57,112 bases of DNA from Octopus bimaculoides (Eukaryota), in assembly GCF_001194135.2 (NCBI RefSeq), contig NC_068987.1:77273280-77330391 (forward strand), read 5' to 3'. Made by a program: the position numbers and the translations under genes. This document shows, piece by piece, positions 52,159 to 57,112 of this stretch. The notes beneath the pieces were generated by a model, which saw only the letters and a list, made by a program, of their open reading frames with translations, was not told the origin of the DNA and did not search any database. Within the stretch, counting starts at the first letter, position 1; every line of letters starts with the position of its first letter.

Positions 52159-53007
52159 AGTTACCTATCTATGTCTCTTTGTGTGAGAGCGATGATATAT
52201 ATAACTTACATGTTTGCAAATGTTTGCGTTTGCGCGCGCGCGTCTTAAGATATCAAGATTTAAAAATTCATAGCTTCATTATTAGAGTTTTATGTCAGCC
52301 TGTAGCAATCTTTTTAACAACTCACATTTCATTTAAGCATTGCCGCTGGCTGCTATGAAACTTGAGTAATAAAGATGTGAAATCTTAAATCCAAACACCC
52401 ACACACACACACAAAAACACACACACGCAAACACACACACACGCACACACACACAAACACACAAACGCATGCATGCACGCACACACACACTCACAACTGC
52501 TGGTATTCTCTTTTTTCCACTTTATATATCTGTGTATGTGTGTGTATGTATGTGTANNNNNNNNNNNNNNNNNNNNNNNNNNNNNNNNNNNNNNNNNNNN
52601 NNNNNNNNNNNNNNNNNNNNNNNNNNNNNNNNNNNNNNNNNNNNNNNNNNNNNNNNNNNNNNNNNNNNNNNNNNNNNNNNNNNNNNNNNNNNNNNNNNNN
52701 NNNNNNNNNNNNNNNNNNNNNNNNNNNNNNNNNNNNNNNNNNNNNNNNNNNNNNNNNNNNNNNNNNNNNNNNNNNNNNNNNNNNNNNNNNNNNNNNNNNN
52801 NNNNNNNNNNNNNNNNNNNNNNNNNNNNNNNNNNNNNNNNNNNNNNNNNNNNNNNNNNNNNNNNNNNNNNNNNNNNNNNNNNNNNNNNNNNNNNNNNNNN
52901 NNNNNNNNNNNNNNNNNNNNNNNNNNNNNNNNNNNATATACATGTTTCTGTGTATATGTATATATATATATATATATATACACATACACATATATATATG
53001 CATGCAA

Positions 53008-53049
<42 letters not shown>

Positions 53050-53524
53050 TTACATATACATACATATATATAAATAATATAACGCGTAAATGCATAATAC
53101 GTTTATATCATATGCATACATACGCGCGCGCATATATCCTATTCTATTTTAATTTGTATAGTGTATGTATATATGTGTGTATAACTGTGTGTATGCGAGT
53201 GTGTGTATGTATGTGTGTGTGGGTGTGTGCATGTGTATGCATGCGTGTGCGTGCGTGTATAGACATATGCATATATTCAAGGTGCTTTCAGAGATTCAGC
53301 GGTTTGCTTTTATATTTTTTCAACATACTTTGGCATAGATAAACGAGATAGGTTTCTAATTGTATTTAATACATGTTCGAAACATATTGATTTTTATTCG
53401 AGCCAACGAGTGAACCAAGCTTTTTGTGGTCCCTTGCCTTGCAACAAATAGCATCGAAATCTTTATCAAATCATACTCCGCCAAATAAGAAAAATTGGAT
53501 GTGTTGGTCTATGTAATCACAAAT

Positions 53525-53739
53525 AGGGATAAATAGAGAGAGGGGGAGAGAGGGAGAGGGGGAGAGAGAGAGGGCGGTACGTACAGTGATAAACAGGTAG
53601 ATAGAAAGAGAGATAGATAGCTAGATAGATAGATACATACATACATACATACATACATACATACATACATACATACATTCATACAGAGAGAGAAATACAT
53701 ATATAGATAGGGAGATAGGCGGGTTAAATAAATAAAGAT

Positions 53740-53810
<71 letters not shown>

Positions 53811-53909
53811 AACAGACACACAGATAGATAGATATATAGATAGAGAGAGAGGAGGTAAATAAATAGAGAGAGACATAGATTGGTAGATAGAGAGAGAGAT
53901 AGGTAAATC

Positions 53910-53961
<52 letters not shown>
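53525..53961. repeat. Compound (GA)/(CATA)/(GATA)/(GACA) microsatellite
   Basis: Direct reading; source of the LSIY-repeat ORFs. Confidence 0.92.
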
Positions 53962-53962
<1 letters not shown>

Positions 53963-54081
53963 CTTACGGCCATATCACGCTGAAAGCACCGGTTCTCTTC
54001 TGATCACCGAAGTTAAGCAACTTCGAGCCTAGTGAGTACTTAGATGGGTGACCGCTTGGGAAACCTAGGTGCTGTAAGCAT
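53962..54081 (+). rRNA. 5S rRNA: 5S rRNA full-length copy, probably a retropseudogene
   Basis: 120 nt ACTTACGGCCATATCACGCTGAAAGCACCGG...AGTTAAGCAA (box A)...AGATGGGTGACC (box C)...GCTGTAAGCAT. Terminal helix CTTACGGC/GCTGTAAG. It is followed by an A-rich tail with no oligo-T terminator and is a solitary copy. Confidence 0.9.
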
Positions 54082-54100
54082 AAAGAAAAAAGAAAAAAAA

Positions 54101-54333
54101 GGCGGCGAGCTGGCAGAATCGTTAGCACGCCGGGCGAAATGCTTAGCGGTATTTCGTCTGTCTTTGCGTTCTGAGTTCAAATTCCGCCGAGGTCGACTTT
54201 ACCTTTCATCCTTTCGGGGTCGATAAATTAAGTACCAGTTACGCACAGGGGTCGATGTAATCGACTTAATCCCTTTTTCTGTCCTTGTTTGTCCCCTTTA
54301 TGTTTAGCCCCTTGTGGGCAATAAAGAAATAAG
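54101..54333 (+). mobile_element. SINE family A long-tail copy, young
   Basis: GGCGGCGAGCTGGCAGAATCGTTAGCACGCCGGGCGAAATGC...GGGCAATAAAGAAATAAG; close to the 56807 copy. Confidence 0.92.
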
Positions 54334-54721
54334 ATAGATAGATAGATAAATAGATAGACAATGTATGTATGTATGTATTTGTGTATCTGCTCCATCAGGA
54401 CTATCATCACGGTAAGTAATTGTTTGTAACATGCTTGAAAAATTTTCTCGGCTGCGGTTATTTGATTACATCGTTCCCAGTTTTTGAATTGTACTTTATT
54501 TATCGATTACGAATGGATGGAAAGCAAAAATTGATTTCGGTGAGATGTGAACTCAGAAAATAAAGAGCCGGAACAAACATTGCACAGCATTTCTTCCGGC
54601 GTTCTAACCTCTCATTTCGAGAGGTTATTTGTGAAGCGCTCATTGTCACAGTCTCAACTGATACGCTGAGATGTCAAAAGAATCAATTATCACAGGTAAT
54701 AATTTTCTACTCTGTATATTG

Positions 54722-54885
54722 TGGTGCAGGTGTGGCTGTGAAGTTAAGAAGCTTGCTTCCCAGCCACATGGTTCTGGTTCAGTCCCACTGCATGGTATCT
54801 TAAACATGTGTCTTCTACTAAAGCCACGGGTCGGCCAAAGTCGTGTGAGTGGATTTTGTAGACTGAAACTGAAACAAGTCCATCG
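54722..54885 (+). mobile_element. SINE family B 5' half
   Basis: GGTGCAGGTGTGGCTGTG...GGTTCAGTCCCACTGC...GTGTCTTCTACT...GTGAGTGGATTTTGTAGACTGAAACTGAAA. Confidence 0.8.
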
Positions 54886-55431
54886 TGTGTGTGTGTGTGT
54901 AGTCTTTTCACACCTAGACTCAACAACACTTTTTTAGTATGCTCCTGATCTTTCATAAGGATAAAATATATATATCCAAATATGCTATTTGCTACTTCCT
55001 CCATCAAGTCTTCGTTAACAATAATAATAATAACAATAATAATAATTTTTTGATGCATTCTTTTATGCACTGAGGAGAACACTAATATGAAATTAATTTA
55101 ATCTAATTTAATTTAATTTAATTTAATTTAATTTCTAATTATTCTACCATGTTATTTACATATTAATATTGCTGTTCGAAACGAACGTATACATGTATTA
55201 AAATTCCTTTTTAAATTTAAGAAACCTTCTCTTCTCCATCTTTAACTGTCTGTTTGAGTTTCTGTGGGATACCTTTCCATAAATCCTCATCACATACCAT
55301 ATACATGTAATAATTTCATATTCGCAAAGCTCTTACGCCAGTAAGCTACCAACGGAATATGAAGAATCTTTGTTAGGAATCGTCCCTTTGGAACCCTCTA
55401 AAGGAAAGGATGAAATTGAACTCAACCTTTT

Positions 55432-55474
<43 letters not shown>

Positions 55475-55478
<4 letters not shown>

Positions 55479-55596
55479 GACGGGCTTCTTTCGATTTCCC
55501 TCTACCAAATCCACACACAAGGCTTTGGTCAGTCCGAGGCTGTAGTAGATGATACTTGCCCAAGGTGTCACGCAGTGGGACTGTATCCGGAAACGT
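55475..55596 (-). mobile_element. SINE family B fragment
   Basis: ACGACGGGCTTCTTTC...CTACCAAATCCAC.CACAAGGCTTTGGTC...CTTGCCCAAGGTGTCACGCAGTGGGACTG on +. Confidence 0.82.
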
Positions 55597-56214
55597 AATA
55601 CAATAATTTATAAACTTAGCAAGTTAAATCTCAAAATATGAACAAAATACATAACTCCAATATTTGATGGAGATATATACCGACTCACATATATATGGAT
55701 ATATACGTTGGCGTACGTGTGTGAGAGTATGCATATATATGTGTGTGTTGTGTGTGTGTATGTATGTATGTATGTATGTGCATCCAAGTGTGTTGATACG
55801 TCATCTGGGACCAACATGTGTTGATGAATCTTTTGAAAGTGCTATAGGATCAAACTATGAAGATGAATTATGCAAAATTACCGGAATTTATATTTTAAAC
55901 CGCTTGCATACAAACAGAATATGTGTGAAAACTAAATTTAGTGCTTTAGTAATTTTGTTTTATGTTCTAAGTTAAAATCCAACCACTGTCGATATTTTTT
56001 TTTTACTGGAATTAGTATAACAAGTAGAACTGTATTTGATGGCTTAAAAGACTTAACAGGCATATTAGACGTATTCCAATTTCAGCCACACATATTCAGA
56101 GAACAAGTTTTTAATGCATTAAAGCATGTAATACATGCCCGACTTGGCATATAGGACCCAGGATGATTTTTTAGACATTTTTTGATAAAAAAAAAAAAAA
56201 AATGTCTTACTCAT

Positions 56215-56480
56215 CCGTCCATTTTCTCTGCCCACCTTTCCTAGGAGAGTCGAGAGAATAGGATCCTCCGGCATCTCCTTCGTAGCATCCTATCAGAAGC
56301 AACCGCCCAAGCGTGACAAACTGAGATAATGGATATTATATAACCATCTCGTTCACTGTCAATCTCCAGGTCTCTGCCAGTTGTCTCACCTTCAAGAATC
56401 TGCCTTGTGATTCCTTCCTACAACATTCTAATCAAATGTCCGTAGTCTTCTATGATATCAAATACCGGTCTCTCATTTCT
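56215..56480 (-). mobile_element. RTE/L2-like LINE 3' fragment, degraded
   Basis: YGHLIRML*EGITRQILEGETTGR resembles the post-RT GHxxRM...RQILEG...GxR motif. Confidence 0.5.
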
Positions 56481-56543
56481 ATGTATCTTATTGCCAGGTA
56501 AAAATGCAAAAAAATTACTATTCAATATTAATTTTAAACTTAA

Positions 56544-56758
56544 AGCGCCGAGATGGCAGAATCTTTCGCGCGCCACACAAAGTGCTTAGCGGGATTTCGT
56601 CAGTCTTTACGTTTTAATTTCAAATTCCGCCGAGGTCGACTTTGCCTTTCATCCTTTCGATGTCAGTACAATCAGCACCAATAGGACTCTGGATTCGATG
56701 CAATCGACTATACCTTCCACCGAAATTGCAGGCCTTGTGTCAAAATTTGAAACCTATA
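56544..56758 (+). mobile_element. SINE family A short-tail copy
   Basis: GCGCCGAGATGGCAGAATC...TTTCAAATTCCGCCGAGGTCGACTTTGCCTTTCATCCTTTCG...CCTTGTGTCAAAATTTGAAACC. Confidence 0.8.
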
Positions 56759-56806
56759 TTAATTCTAAACTTATAAATTCTTGGATTAATATTAAGTCTA
56801 CATTAA

Positions 56807-57112
56807 GGCGGCGAGCTGGCAGAAACGTTAGCACGCCGGGCGAAATGCTTAGCGGTATTTTGTCTGCGCTACGTTCTGAGTTCAAATTCCGCCGAGGTCG
56901 ACTTTGCCTTTCATCCTTTCGGGGTCGCTTAAATAAGTACCAGTTACGCACTGGCGTCGATTTAATCCGTTTCTCTGTCCTTGTTTGTCCTCTCTGTGTG
57001 TAGCCCCTTGTGGGCAGTAAAGAAATGAGAAACGTTAGCACGCCGGGCGAAATGCTTAGCGATATTTCGTCCGTCTTTACTTTTTGAGTTCAAATTCCAC
57101 CGAGGTCGACTT
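56807..57112 (+). mobile_element. SINE family A head-to-tail dimer (runs off the window)
   Basis: A full copy at 56807-57029 is followed by a second unit starting AAACGTTAGCACGCCGGGCG at 57030. Confidence 0.9.

Noticed and set aside
51860-52256. About 150-bp direct duplication on both sides of an N gap
   Set aside because: Near-identical sequence flanking a gap is a typical contig-overlap assembly artefact.
53962-54081. Functional 5S rDNA array
   Set aside because: It is a single copy with an A-rich tail, no oligo-T terminator and a mismatch at the base of helix I; treated as a probable retrocopy.

Overview
AT-rich, gap-ridden eukaryotic non-coding DNA, most likely an octopus (cephalopod) draft scaffold; this is an inference from the tRNA-SINE types, 5S sequence and microsatellite load. 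No intact protein-coding gene can be supported, and most ORF-track entries are microsatellite or N-gap artefacts. The window holds about 30 SINE copies from three tRNA-derived families (called A, B and C here). It also holds many fragments of RLE-type (R4/Dong-like) LINEs, RTE and Penelope fragments, a near full-length but dead Tc1 element with DD36E spacing, a truncated DD34D mariner, several MITE/foldback palindromes and a 5S rRNA retrocopy fused to a SINE. The best find is a 460-nt-period tandem repeat (24593-25324). On the minus strand it encodes two type I hammerhead ribozymes, one with an intact catalytic core and pairing-preserving differences between copies, a retrozyme-like architecture. 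Repeat boundaries were set by eye and are approximate unless exact arms are quoted.
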